DNA of 64,000 bases, from the NCBI GenBank assembly GCA_040905565.1, contig JBBDRF010000082.1:1-64000 (forward strand), given 5' to 3'. The notes under the pieces are model-generated. The model made no database searches, had not been told where the DNA came from, and was given only the letters and a program-made list of their open reading frames with translations. The translations under genes and the position numbers were made by a program. Shown here one piece after another: positions 1 to 10,865 of the stretch (position 1 is the stretch's first letter; every line of letters starts with the position of its first letter). This DNA is from Phycisphaeraceae bacterium (GTDB taxonomy: Bacteria; Planctomycetota; Phycisphaerae; Phycisphaerales; Zrk34).

Positions 1-25
1 AGCGTTTGACGTGGAATTCGACCAT
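1..25 (-). CDS. 5' fragment of an unknown gene running off the window (MVEFHVKR...)
   Basis: ATG at 25 on the minus strand, preceded by TACACT 6 nt upstream, the same architecture as many other starts in this window. Confidence 0.4.
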
Positions 26-80
26 GTCGGCAGTGTACGCGGCTACGTTCCCACGTTCATAGAACTTGCACTTGCAGGGG

Positions 81-117
81 AAAAGACAGCGCCGGCCGGT
101 AGGTCGGCGCTGTCGCA
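81..117 (-). terminator. Intrinsic terminator after the PEP-CTERM gene
   Basis: Minus strand reads gacagcgccg-acctaccggc-cggcgctgtc followed by ttttt. Confidence 0.75.
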
Positions 118-129
118 TTGGCGTGAGCA

Positions 130-873
130 TCAGGCGATCACGCGTCGACGGCGACGCAGCATGGCGGCGCCACCGAGCGCGAGCATGGCCAACGCGGAGG
201 CGGGCTCGGGGACGACGGTGTAGCTTTCTGCAGCGGCGATGGCTTGATCGAACTGCGTGGCGTCGAGACCCTTGTTCCAAAGCGCCCAGATCGGCTCGTC
301 GTGGTGGCCGTCGAGGTCGGAATGGAGACGGAAGCTGGCGAGGTAGGCACCGTCGGCGGGAACGGCGTTGGCGTTGTCGCGGATGAGGGTGAAGTTGACG
401 TGGCTGTGAAGCTCGCCGTCGCTGCCGAGTGTGGCGACGGTGACGAGGCTGTCGTCGTTGAAGTCCTGGAAGATGGAGACGCCGGCGTCTGTCCAGGCGA
501 AGTATTCGTTGCCCTTGGTGACTTCGACGATTTCGCCGTTGGGCGTGTCGCCGAAGAACGGCTGGGTGTCGGGGTTGTAGTAGTAAAGGCGGTCGAGGAG
601 TTCGAACTTCACGGTCGCGTTCGGCGAGAGCAGCCCGTCGAATCCGGGGAAGGTGGTCTGGTATTCGTTGAAGCCGATGTCCTGGAAGGAACTGCTGGGC
701 TGGCCAGATAGTGAGTGCCAGATCTCGCCCGCGTGCGGTTCATCGACGTGCAGATGACCGTCGTGGGTGGAGAGTTCGATGTCGCCGTGCCCTTCTTCGG
801 CAAGGGCCGCGGTGCTGGTGAGGGTGAACATCAGCGTGATCATGACAGCGGGGAGGAAGCGCAGGATATGCAT
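130..873 (-). CDS. His-rich PEP-CTERM surface protein, putative metal-binding
   Basis: Signal peptide; N-terminal EGHGDIELSTHDGHLHVDEPH; internal LHSH and DGHHD; C-terminal VPEP + hydrophobic helix + RRRRR. Confidence 0.9.
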   Translation of the reverse strand: MHILRFLPAVMITLMFTLTSTAALAEEGHGDIELSTHDGHLHVDEPHAGEIWHSLSGQPSSSFQDIGFNEYQTTFPGFDGLLSPNATVKFELLDRLYYYNPDTQPFFGDTPNGEIVEVTKGNEYFAWTDAGVSIFQDFNDDSLVTVATLGSDGELHSHVNFTLIRDNANAVPADGAYLASFRLHSDLDGHHDEPIWALWNKGLDATQFDQAIAAAESYTVVPEPASALAMLALGGAAMLRRRRRVIA

Positions 874-938
874 GGGTATGTTTCCGGGTGGTTGAGGGTT
901 GAAAAGAAGTGGCGACCTTTGATCGCCCGCTAACGAGG

Positions 939-1667
939 TTAGTGGAGTGGTGATTCGGGGTCGAAGAGATTGTGATCGAAGTCGGTATAGACTTCATTGA
1001 AGCTCATGACGCGAGCGCTGCCGTCGAGGAAGCCGTAGACGCTGGTGGCGTTCCAGAGATCCGCGGAGGTTTCGCTGTGGGCCCCGATGGCGACTTGCTG
1101 AGCGGCCCGTAAAGGTGAGCGTTCGGGACGGGCGGCGTTGTACCATTCTTCGACGTGAGGATGGTCGGCCGTGGCGAAGTCGCCTTCGAAAGCCATGAGC
1201 AGGAAATGGACGGTGCGTGCGGGTTGGGCGACGCGATGGAGGCGGGTCACGCTCTCGGAGGAGCCATCTGCGGTGAGGTAGTTGTTCACGCCGTAGCTCG
1301 TTTGCCGATACGCACCGGAGGGGGCCGGGACGCCGCCGTCTTCCTCCCAGTGGGGGCTGTCGTCGAGGGGCGAGCGGCGAAGAAGCTCACTGCCGTAGAA
1401 GCGGCTGAGGGCATTGATCCACGAAAGGTCTTCGTCATAGGTCGCGCCGCCGCTATGGCCGAGCCCGATGTTGATGAACGCGCCGTTGTTCTCGGTCATG
1501 TACCCGATATGTGCCTGTTCGAGTGAGCGCATGTTGGCGAGGCATTTGGTGGTCATGGCGGCCTGACGTGCGCCCGCCAGGGCGGGGATCAGGATGGCCA
1601 TGAGCAGCCCGATGATGCCGACGACCACGAGCAGTTCGATCAGCGTAAAGCCACGTCGATACAACAT
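939..1667 (-). CDS. Prepilin-type N-terminal cleavage/methylation protein (DUF1559/SBP_bac_10-like)
   Basis: [32 protein letters not shown] motif; C-terminal H...VYGFLDGSA. Confidence 0.9.
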   Translation of the reverse strand: MLYRRGFTLIELLVVVGIIGLLMAILIPALAGARQAAMTTKCLANMRSLEQAHIGYMTENNGAFINIGLGHSGGATYDEDLSWINALSRFYGSELLRRSPLDDSPHWEEDGGVPAPSGAYRQTSYGVNNYLTADGSSESVTRLHRVAQPARTVHFLLMAFEGDFATADHPHVEEWYNAARPERSPLRAAQQVAIGAHSETSADLWNATSVYGFLDGSARVMSFNEVYTDFDHNLFDPESPLH

Positions 1668-1783
1668 CGTGCACCTTCTTTCTGGATGTAGTTGCTTGAA
1701 GCGTTGCGACCATGACGACTGGGCGTGAACGTCGCCTCAGTAGCCCTCAGCGTCCGCGCAGGAGCGGACGGTTTCCCGCGAAC

Positions 1784-2170
1784 TCAGCCGATCGGCGGAG
1801 CGCGGGCGCGGGTGGGATCGAACGCTTGTGAAGAGTTGAAGCTGAAATCCGCCGGCGCGATTTGTTCCGCGGTCGCGAACGAAAGTGCGACGTTTTCAAG
1901 GACGGGCGCGGTCCAGTGGATTCCTGAAAGGATCAGGCAGAGTTCGCACTCGCCGGGCGCGGCCGGTTCGTCGGGCGACGATGGGGGAGCGCCAGGGAGG
2001 TGCTCGTCAGAAGGCAGCGTATGGCTGTGGCCGTGACTGTGGCTGTGCGTCTGGGAAAGGTGCGTGTGCTGCTGATCGCCGTCGTGCTGCTGCTGATGCG
2101 CGGCGAACGCAAGCCCGGTGGCGTGCGTGGCCATGACGGCGATCAGCAGGATGTGCACGAGAGTCCGCAT
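1784..2170 (-). CDS. DUF2946-like exported His-rich protein with CxxC and C-terminal RAPP (putative arrest/leader peptide)
   Basis: Hydrophobic N-terminus, HQQQH..HTHLSQTHSHSHGHSH, CELC, ends PTRARAPPIG*. Confidence 0.8.
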   Translation of the reverse strand: MRTLVHILLIAVMATHATGLAFAAHQQQHDGDQQHTHLSQTHSHSHGHSHTLPSDEHLPGAPPSSPDEPAAPGECELCLILSGIHWTAPVLENVALSFATAEQIAPADFSFNSSQAFDPTRARAPPIG

Positions 2171-2178
2171 TGCCTGAA

Positions 2179-2194
2179 TGATAATGCGTTATCA
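2179..2194. promoter_or_regulatory. Fur/Zur-like inverted repeat overlapping the -10 of the DUF2946-like gene
   Basis: TGATAA-tgcg-TTATCA, AT-rich in GC-rich DNA; minus-strand TATCAT lies 7 nt before ATG 2170. Confidence 0.65.
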
Positions 2195-2287
2195 GGTGCG
2201 GATCAAGTAAAACGTGCGAGGGGATCGAATTTTTTGACGGGTTGTATGCGTTGGGGGACGAGGGGCGTGGGGTTGTGGGGAGGTTGT

Positions 2288-3097
2288 TCACCGCATGCCG
2301 TGGAGGCTTCGACTGGGGTCGAAGAGATTCTGGTCGGCGTCTTTGTAGACTTCGCGGAAGGCGAGGATGCCGGCGCTGCCGTCGAGGAAGCCGTAGACGC
2401 TTCGGGCGTCCCAGTTGTTTGCCGGGCCGCCGTGCGAATTGATTTCGATTTGCTGTGAGGCTTGGGCGAGCGGGTTCATGCCCCAGGTATCGACGTGGGG
2501 ATGGTCGGCGGTGGCGAAGGTGTGATCGTTGAAGGACATCATCAGGAAGTGGACGGTGAGCCCGGGCTGGGGGACCTGGCTGAGGCGCGTGGCTGCGTCG
2601 GTGCCGCCGTCTCTTGCGAGGTAGTTGTTGACGCCGTAGCTGGTGACGCGGTAGTTGCCGAAGGAGGTGGGGACGCCGGTGTCTTCCCAGAAGGGGCTAT
2701 CGTCGACGGGTGAGCGTCGCAGGATTGGGTCGGCGTAATAGGGCTCGAGGGTGTGGACCCAGGACTGGCCGAAGTTGTCGTCTTGAGTCTGATTGTTGTT
2801 GTTGAAACCGTAGGCGTAAGCGTAAGCGTGGCCGTCACCTTCGCCGTGGTTGTTGCCGGGGCCCTGGTTCTGATGTTGGTTGAGGTGGGCGACGTTGACG
2901 AATGAGCCGTTGAAGTCGGCCATGAAGGCGCCGTGCGCCTGGCTGAGGCTGCGTACGTTGGAGAGGCATTCGGCGGTGTGGACGGCTTGGCGCGCTTTGG
3001 TGATGGCGGGGATGGCGACGGCGATGAGGATGCCGATGATGCCGACGACGACAAGGAGTTCGATCAGCGTGAAGCCGCGTTTGTGCCGATGCCACAT
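2288..3097 (-). CDS. Prepilin-type N-terminal cleavage/methylation protein, paralog of 939-1667
   Basis: [12 protein letters not shown]; shares RRSP.DDSP.WE, TSYGVNNYL, FATADHPHV and SVYGFLDGSA with the neighbour; AAGGA RBS before ATG 3097. Confidence 0.9.
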   Translation of the reverse strand: MWHRHKRGFTLIELLVVVGIIGILIAVAIPAITKARQAVHTAECLSNVRSLSQAHGAFMADFNGSFVNVAHLNQHQNQGPGNNHGEGDGHAYAYAYGFNNNNQTQDDNFGQSWVHTLEPYYADPILRRSPVDDSPFWEDTGVPTSFGNYRVTSYGVNNYLARDGGTDAATRLSQVPQPGLTVHFLMMSFNDHTFATADHPHVDTWGMNPLAQASQQIEINSHGGPANNWDARSVYGFLDGSAGILAFREVYKDADQNLFDPSRSLHGMR

Positions 3098-3225
3098 GTA
3101 GATGTTCCTTCGAGGAGTGCAGAGGGACCCCATCCGCCGTGTTTACGTTCGGAACATAAGATTCGAAACAAGCGCGGGCAAATAAAAGTGCGCGGTGCAC
3201 CTGCGGGTTCGGCGCGAGCGGCGGG

Positions 3226-3933
3226 TTATTCTTCGGGGGTGTTGCCGAGTTGGATGATGAGTTGGCGGGGGACGCCGATGTCGACGAGGTAGACGTCGCC
3301 GGTGTACTGGCGTGCGTCGTGGTGGAGGAAGCCTTGCTTGCGGCCGACCATGGTGGCGGTGACGGCGGCGCGGACGGCGGGTGAATCGGCGAAGGGTTGG
3401 CCGGTGTCGCAATCGAGGCCGGTGGGGATGTCCACCGCGAGGACGGGGGCGGGCTGGTCTTCGTTGATCCATGTGACCAGATCGGCGAGGGGGGGCTTGA
3501 GAGCGGAGGTGAGGCCGGTGCCCATGAGGGCGTCGATGAGCAGGTCATGCCCGGGGAGATCGTGAACTGCTGCGAGGGGATCGTCGGCGGCTTCGAGGAT
3601 GTTCAACTGCATGGCCTGGCAGATGCGGAGGTTGGTGGCGGCGTCGGCTTTGTAGCTGTCGGCGGGTTTGGTGAGCAGGAGGGTGCAATCGAGGCCGAGG
3701 TTGTGGAGGTGGCGTGCGGTGGCGAAGCCGTCGCCTCCGTTGTTCCCGCCGCCGCAGAGGATGAGGACGCGGCGATGGGTGGGCCAGCGGATCATGCTGA
3801 TGGCGCAGTCGGCGATGCCTCGGGAGGCGTTCTCCATGAGGACGATGCTGGGCATGGCGAAGCGTTCGACGGCGGCGGCATCGACCTGACGAATGGCGTC
3901 GCGCGTGAAGGTGCGTTCGGGGTAATCGAGCAT
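3226..3933 (-). CDS. nnrE: NAD(P)H-hydrate epimerase (YjeF N-terminal domain)
   Basis: LMENA, CGGGNNGGDG, IDALMGTG and AVDIPTG motifs. Confidence 0.92.
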   Translation of the reverse strand: MLDYPERTFTRDAIRQVDAAAVERFAMPSIVLMENASRGIADCAISMIRWPTHRRVLILCGGGNNGGDGFATARHLHNLGLDCTLLLTKPADSYKADAATNLRICQAMQLNILEAADDPLAAVHDLPGHDLLIDALMGTGLTSALKPPLADLVTWINEDQPAPVLAVDIPTGLDCDTGQPFADSPAVRAAVTATMVGRKQGFLHHDARQYTGDVYLVDIGVPRQLIIQLGNTPEE

Positions 3934-4107
3934 GGGAGGTGCTCCTGTGAGGGAGGCCGAGGGGCCGTGGGAAGGCCGGGCATGCGGATCATCTTGCGCA
4001 TCTTAACGCGGCGAGGCGGGTGAAAGTTAAGGTCCGTTGAGTTATATGTGAGAACGGCTGGATCGGCTCTTGTTCGCGAGAGCGGTGCGGGGGTACACTT
4101 CTTCGCG

Positions 4108-4530
4108 ATGCAGATCAACGGCCCAAATCTCGCGAACTCCCTCCGCCTCGTCCACCCCCCCCCCACCTTGCCCGCAGGGGGTTCGGGCGTTGAGAATGCT
4201 TCGGCTGTAAATGCGAGCACGGAGAGCGCCCCCACCCGCCCCAGCAGCCAGTCGGGCAACGTGGGCGGGCTCAGTTTTGAGGCGGTCTATCAGAAGCAGC
4301 TGCCTCGGCTGGAGCAGACCGAGGCGCAAAAGCGGGTGGAGCAGATTCGCGATGCGTTCGTGGCGGGGCGGACGCAGGTGCCGATTCATTTCGAGACGCC
4401 CGGTGGCTCGCGCTATCAGGCAGGGCCGAACCCGTACGCCAATGCCTATATGAAGCTGACGCCTGCCCCGGCGGATGTGGATGGGCGCGCGACGCAGGCA
4501 GCGGCGGAGCAGCACCAACCTCGAACCTGA
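4108..4530 (+). CDS. Hypothetical protein, weakly FlgM-like
   Basis: MQINGP start, disordered Ser/Pro N-half, C-terminal KRVEQIRDAFVAG helix; TACACT 8 nt before ATG. Confidence 0.55.
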   Translation: MQINGPNLANSLRLVHPPPTLPAGGSGVENASAVNASTESAPTRPSSQSGNVGGLSFEAVYQKQLPRLEQTEAQKRVEQIRDAFVAGRTQVPIHFETPGGSRYQAGPNPYANAYMKLTPAPADVDGRATQAAAEQHQPRT

Positions 4531-4545
4531 TCGACGAAGCACAAG

Positions 4546-4732
4546 ACGAGCCGCGATCGTGAGGGAGCGGTTGTGCGTTGAGCCGCTGCCCCGGCCACCT
4601 CCGCTCCCTGACCAGTCTTTTTCATCTGTTGCGTAAGTCGTTGATTTTCGCCGATAGCCAAGGCCGCCTCTGGTATGCACGACGCGCGCAAAGTCCCGGC
4701 GCACAATCGCTCCCTTACGGTCGCGGCTCGTA
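4546..4732. repeat. Inverted pair of REP-like family A repeats (core cgctcccttacggtcgcggctcgt)
   Basis: 4546-4577 is the near reverse complement of 4700-4731; further copies at 7690-7716 and 33080-33125. Confidence 0.85.
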
Positions 4733-4778
4733 ACCAGCAATGTGTTGGCCCCCCCACTGCAGCAGCATCGCACGGCTA

Positions 4779-4797
4779 AACTGCCATATCGGCAGTT
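4779..4797. promoter_or_regulatory. Palindrome upstream of clpB, candidate heat-shock operator
   Basis: aactgcc-atatc-ggcagtt, perfect 7-5-7, ~155 nt before clpB. Confidence 0.4.
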
Positions 4798-4953
4798 CCA
4801 TTCCGCTGCGCCGAGGTGCCGGTGGTTGCTGTAGGCGCTTTCCCTACCTTGGTTTGAGTAGAAGCCGCAGATGCCATTGCGTTTCGTCCGCCGTTTGCTT
4901 GAGAGAGGGGTGGACGCATCGCTTGAAATCCTTACCGGGAAGGCTGGTGACTT

Positions 4954-7572
<2,619 letters not shown>

Positions 7573-7689
7573 GTGGTCGGTGCGCTGCGGGGCTGCCCGT
7601 CGACAGGTTAGGTTTGGCGCGCGCCCGTGAGTTGATGCTTAGGCGGTGGGCGAATGCGTCCCTTCAAGTGTTGTCTTGGCGTTAAGCCG

Positions 7690-7716
7690 ACCGCTCCCTT
7701 ACGGTCGCGGCTCGTA
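7690..7716. repeat. REP-like family A copy
   Basis: accgctcccttacggtcgcggctcgta. Confidence 0.85.
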
Positions 7717-7769
7717 GCGCGAGTTATAGCGTGCGCAACGGGGCGGCGGCCGATGAGCGGTAGGGAAGG

Positions 7770-7927
7770 CCCGGTCCGGCGTGCGTGGAGAGCCCGGTGA
7801 TGCAAGGGCGGGATGGACCGGGGAAACTGGTGCGATGCGGCGCGGAATAATGCCGTGAGTCTCAGGGGAGCCGTGTCGTGAGGTTGCACAGGGGGTGCAA
7901 GCCTACCGGCGGCTCAGCACCAGTTTC
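7770..7927 (+). other. Nested inverted repeats, candidate structured 5' leader of the PEP-CTERM gene
   Basis: gaaactggtgc/gcaccagtttc encloses gagccg/cggctc and aggttgcac/gtgcaagcct; cccggtcc/ggaccggg lies upstream. Confidence 0.45.
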
Positions 7928-7951
7928 AGCCCGCAGAGGGGGAGAATGCAG

Positions 7952-8602
7952 ATGAATGTATCGAAACGTTGGAACGCAGCATGGATGGTGGCAGGAGCTT
8001 TGGTTGTCGGCTTAGCCGCGACCTCGGCAAAGGCGTCGACCGTGACGAATCTCGACGACATCATGCTCGGCGATCAGGTCAGCGGGCCCAGCACACAGCC
8101 GCTGTACAGCGTGAACCTGCCGGATTTCCCGCAGACCCAGATCGGGAGCATTACGTCGAGGGTGTTCGAGAACGACGGCCTTTACACCTACACCTACCGA
8201 GTCGATCCCGACATCAACTTCTTCTCGGAGTTCAGCACCGGCTTCGCACCGTTGGAATTCAACGGCGTGAAGGGGTGGGACTTCAGCGACGTGCCCGGCA
8301 ACTTCTTCGACGTGGAAGTTGACCCCGACGGCACGATCGACTGGATGGTTCAGGATCCGGAATTCATCGTTCTCAACGACGTGCCGAACGGCGACCTCGA
8401 GAACCTGTGGACGGACCAGAACGTCACGTTCTTTTATCAGTCGACGATGACACCGGGCACTTATGACGTCTTCAACGTCACCAACGGTCGCTCAGGCTCG
8501 GGCCTCGGCATCGTGCCGGTCCCCGAACCCGCGTCGGCTTCGCTGCTCGGCCTGCTGGGCATGGCCATGCTGCGTCGTCGTAGCCGTCGCACCGCAGCCT
8601 GA
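7952..8602 (+). CDS. PEP-CTERM surface protein
   Basis: Signal peptide ending AKA; C-terminal VPEPASASLLGLLGMAMLRRRSRR; GGGGAG RBS. Confidence 0.9.
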   Translation: MNVSKRWNAAWMVAGALVVGLAATSAKASTVTNLDDIMLGDQVSGPSTQPLYSVNLPDFPQTQIGSITSRVFENDGLYTYTYRVDPDINFFSEFSTGFAPLEFNGVKGWDFSDVPGNFFDVEVDPDGTIDWMVQDPEFIVLNDVPNGDLENLWTDQNVTFFYQSTMTPGTYDVFNVTNGRSGSGLGIVPVPEPASASLLGLLGMAMLRRRSRRTAA

Positions 8603-8665
8603 TCGTGATCGACTCACGCATGTGATGACAGCGATCCAGCAGTCAGTTGGACGGAAATTCACGAA

Positions 8666-8698
8666 CGCCGCCTCGCTTCATGCGGGGCGGTGTTTTTC
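8666..8698 (+). terminator. Probable intrinsic terminator
   Basis: cgccgcctcgc-ttcat-gcggggcggtg followed by ttttt. Confidence 0.6.
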
Positions 8699-9413
8699 AT
8701 GCGCTGGGCAACTGTTGCGAGAGGCGGTGAACCTCCTGCGTCAAGGCCGCTCGGGCGGGAGCTTCGAGGACCTGGGCAGCTTCGGTGCGGTAGAGCCGAT
8801 CGCGCGCGAGCAAAGCGTGGAAGAATTTCACGGTGCCCGCAGCGAACGCCGCGTCGTCGAAATGCCCCATCTCCTTGCGCACCGCAGCGGACTGCGTCCT
8901 GAATACCGACGCTTCCGACGCGAAGCCGGCCAGATCGAGGTCCAGCACCGGCGCGACCGCAGCCGGCACCTCGGGCGTGAGATGCGTGGCCGTCCAGCGG
9001 ATCGCCTCGGCCGCTTCGGAGGCGACAGCTTCATCAAGCTCAAGCGTGCGCGCCTCAGCGATCAGCCAATCGGCACTCCGCTGTTCGTTGCGATCGTCTT
9101 CCGCATCGGATTCCCAGATGACATCATGGCACCAGATGGCCAGCGTCTGTGCGTCGCTGAGCACCATGCCGAGGCGGTCGGCCCAACTGAACATGCTGAG
9201 GACGTGGACGGGCGTGTGGTAGTGGCGATGGGGTTCGCTCATGCGTTGCCAGAGTTCGTTCGTGCACGCTTCGATGCGATCGGGGCGGGCGTTTTGCCGG
9301 CGGAGCGCGGCGGCGCAGGCACGCGTGAAATCGGCATGGCACGCGGCCCGCTGTTCACCGGAGGCGCTGGAGAGATCGAAGAAATTGCGGGAATAGTCGG
9401 TCGAAAGCGCCAT
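8697..9413 (-). CDS. HD-superfamily metal-dependent phosphohydrolase (COG4339-like)
   Basis: EPHRHYHT..H, AIWCHDVIW, NEQRSA, VLDLDLA; GGAG RBS before ATG 9413. Confidence 0.85.
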   Translation of the reverse strand: MALSTDYSRNFFDLSSASGEQRAACHADFTRACAAALRRQNARPDRIEACTNELWQRMSEPHRHYHTPVHVLSMFSWADRLGMVLSDAQTLAIWCHDVIWESDAEDDRNEQRSADWLIAEARTLELDEAVASEAAEAIRWTATHLTPEVPAAVAPVLDLDLAGFASEASVFRTQSAAVRKEMGHFDDAAFAAGTVKFFHALLARDRLYRTEAAQVLEAPARAALTQEVHRLSQQLPSA

Positions 9414-9438
9414 GGCGACTCCACGATGGTCTTGAACG

Positions 9439-10797
9439 TCAGCCGCCTGTGCTGCCGGTTTCGGTGGTGTAGCGCAGCACGAGCTCGCCGAACGATCGGC
9501 CACGCTGCTCGTAACTGGTGAACTGATCCCAGCTGGCGCAGCCGGGCGAAAGCAGAACGACCTGCCCGGCCTGCGCGGAAGCCACGGCATGACGCACGGC
9601 GGCTTCAAGAGTCTCGCAACGATGCACAAGGCAACCATCTTCCACCGCCTCGGCGGCCTCGGCGATGGCGTGGCCGGTCTGCCCGATGGTGTAGACGGCG
9701 GCGGCGTGATGACCGGCATGGCGGGCGAGCGGGCGGAGATCGGCGTGCTTGTCGTAACCGCCGAGGATGAGGTGGACGCTGTGGCGGGCGAAGCTGTCGA
9801 GCCCAAGCATGGCGGCGTCGGGCGTGGTGCTCTTGGAATCGTTGTAGAAGGTCCGCCCCGAATGTTCCGCGACATGCTGAAGGCGGTGCGGCAAACCGTT
9901 GAAGTTGGCGAGGGCGTCGATCGCCTGCTGACGTGCCATACCGGTCTGCTCGCAAGCGGCGACGGCCATGGCTGCATTGAGCGCGTTGTGCTCACCGACG
10001 ACCTGCAACGCGGCATGCAAAGGTTTGTCGAGGATGACGCACCGGGCGGGCGTTTCGTATTGCCAGTCGGCGACGGTGGGGCCTAGCACCGCCCAGTCGC
10101 CGTGCTGCTGGTGACGCAGGATGGTCTTCTTCGCGTGGACGTAGGCGTCGAGGCTGCCGTGGCGATCGAGGTGATTGTCCCCAATGTTCGTCACGACCCC
10201 ACCACCAATCCCCCCCCACACACTCACATTTTCCGCATGTTCCGGCGCGTTGGTGGGGGGGGCGAGCATGAAGCTGGAGAGTTCGAGGACGACCCAATCG
10301 TCGTGGGCGATGTTGGCGAGGTTCGGAAGCAGCGAGCCGCCGAGGTTCCCGCCGACGTGGACGTGGTCGCGGCCGTGGTGCTGCGCGAGGGCGTGGGCGA
10401 TCATGCTGGTGACGGTGGATTTGCCAGCCGACCCGGTGATGCCGATCGTGCGGTCGCGGTTGGGCAGACGCTCCAGCAGCAGTTCGATCTCCGTCACCAT
10501 CGGCGTCCCGGCCTTCGCCGCGGCGTGAAGGTAACGATTCAACCGACGATCGACCGCAGGGTTCACGATCACCAGGTCGGCGTCGGCGAAGTCGGCTTCG
10601 CGATGCTCGCCGAGGCGGTAGGTGATCGGCAGGCCTTCGAGTTTCGCCATGGATTCGGTGAGGTCGGCTTCGCCGAGCAGGTCGGTCACAAGCACCTGCT
10701 TCGCGCCTTGCTGGGCGCAGAACGTGGCCGCGCCGACGCCGCCGCCGAATCGGCCGAGCCCCATGATCAACACACGCTTGCCAGCGATCGCCTGCAT
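9439..10797 (-). CDS. murD: UDP-N-acetylmuramoyl-L-alanine--D-glutamate ligase
   Basis: GLGRFGGG, GITGSAGKST, ELSSF, GLPHRL, YNDSKST, LLSPGCASWDQF. Confidence 0.96.
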   Translation of the reverse strand: MQAIAGKRVLIMGLGRFGGGVGAATFCAQQGAKQVLVTDLLGEADLTESMAKLEGLPITYRLGEHREADFADADLVIVNPAVDRRLNRYLHAAAKAGTPMVTEIELLLERLPNRDRTIGITGSAGKSTVTSMIAHALAQHHGRDHVHVGGNLGGSLLPNLANIAHDDWVVLELSSFMLAPPTNAPEHAENVSVWGGIGGGVVTNIGDNHLDRHGSLDAYVHAKKTILRHQQHGDWAVLGPTVADWQYETPARCVILDKPLHAALQVVGEHNALNAAMAVAACEQTGMARQQAIDALANFNGLPHRLQHVAEHSGRTFYNDSKSTTPDAAMLGLDSFARHSVHLILGGYDKHADLRPLARHAGHHAAAVYTIGQTGHAIAEAAEAVEDGCLVHRCETLEAAVRHAVASAQAGQVVLLSPGCASWDQFTSYEQRGRSFGELVLRYTTETGSTGG

Positions 10798-10865
10798 GGC
10801 GAAAGTTTACCACATTGAACTTTATCAGCCGATCCGACCGATGTTCCCAAGACGGAGTTCACGCC

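Noticed and set aside
4546..4732. CRISPR array
   Set aside because: The repeats are inverted or dispersed, not regularly spaced direct repeats; no cas genes
4810..4830. Sigma-54 promoter for clpB
   Set aside because: GG-to-GC spacing is 11 rather than 10 and the -24 element is a poor match
7785..7868. Glycine or cobalamin riboswitch (ggagag ... ctcagg; agggaa)
   Set aside because: Lacks the ccgaag core of glycine aptamers and the B12 box; the downstream gene does not fit. Kept only as an unclassified structure
9414..10016. Upstream extension of the HD ORF overlapping murD (possible frameshift fusion)
   Set aside because: murD is complete with its own stop, the HD gene has its own RBS and ATG at 9413, and the extension is compositionally non-coding
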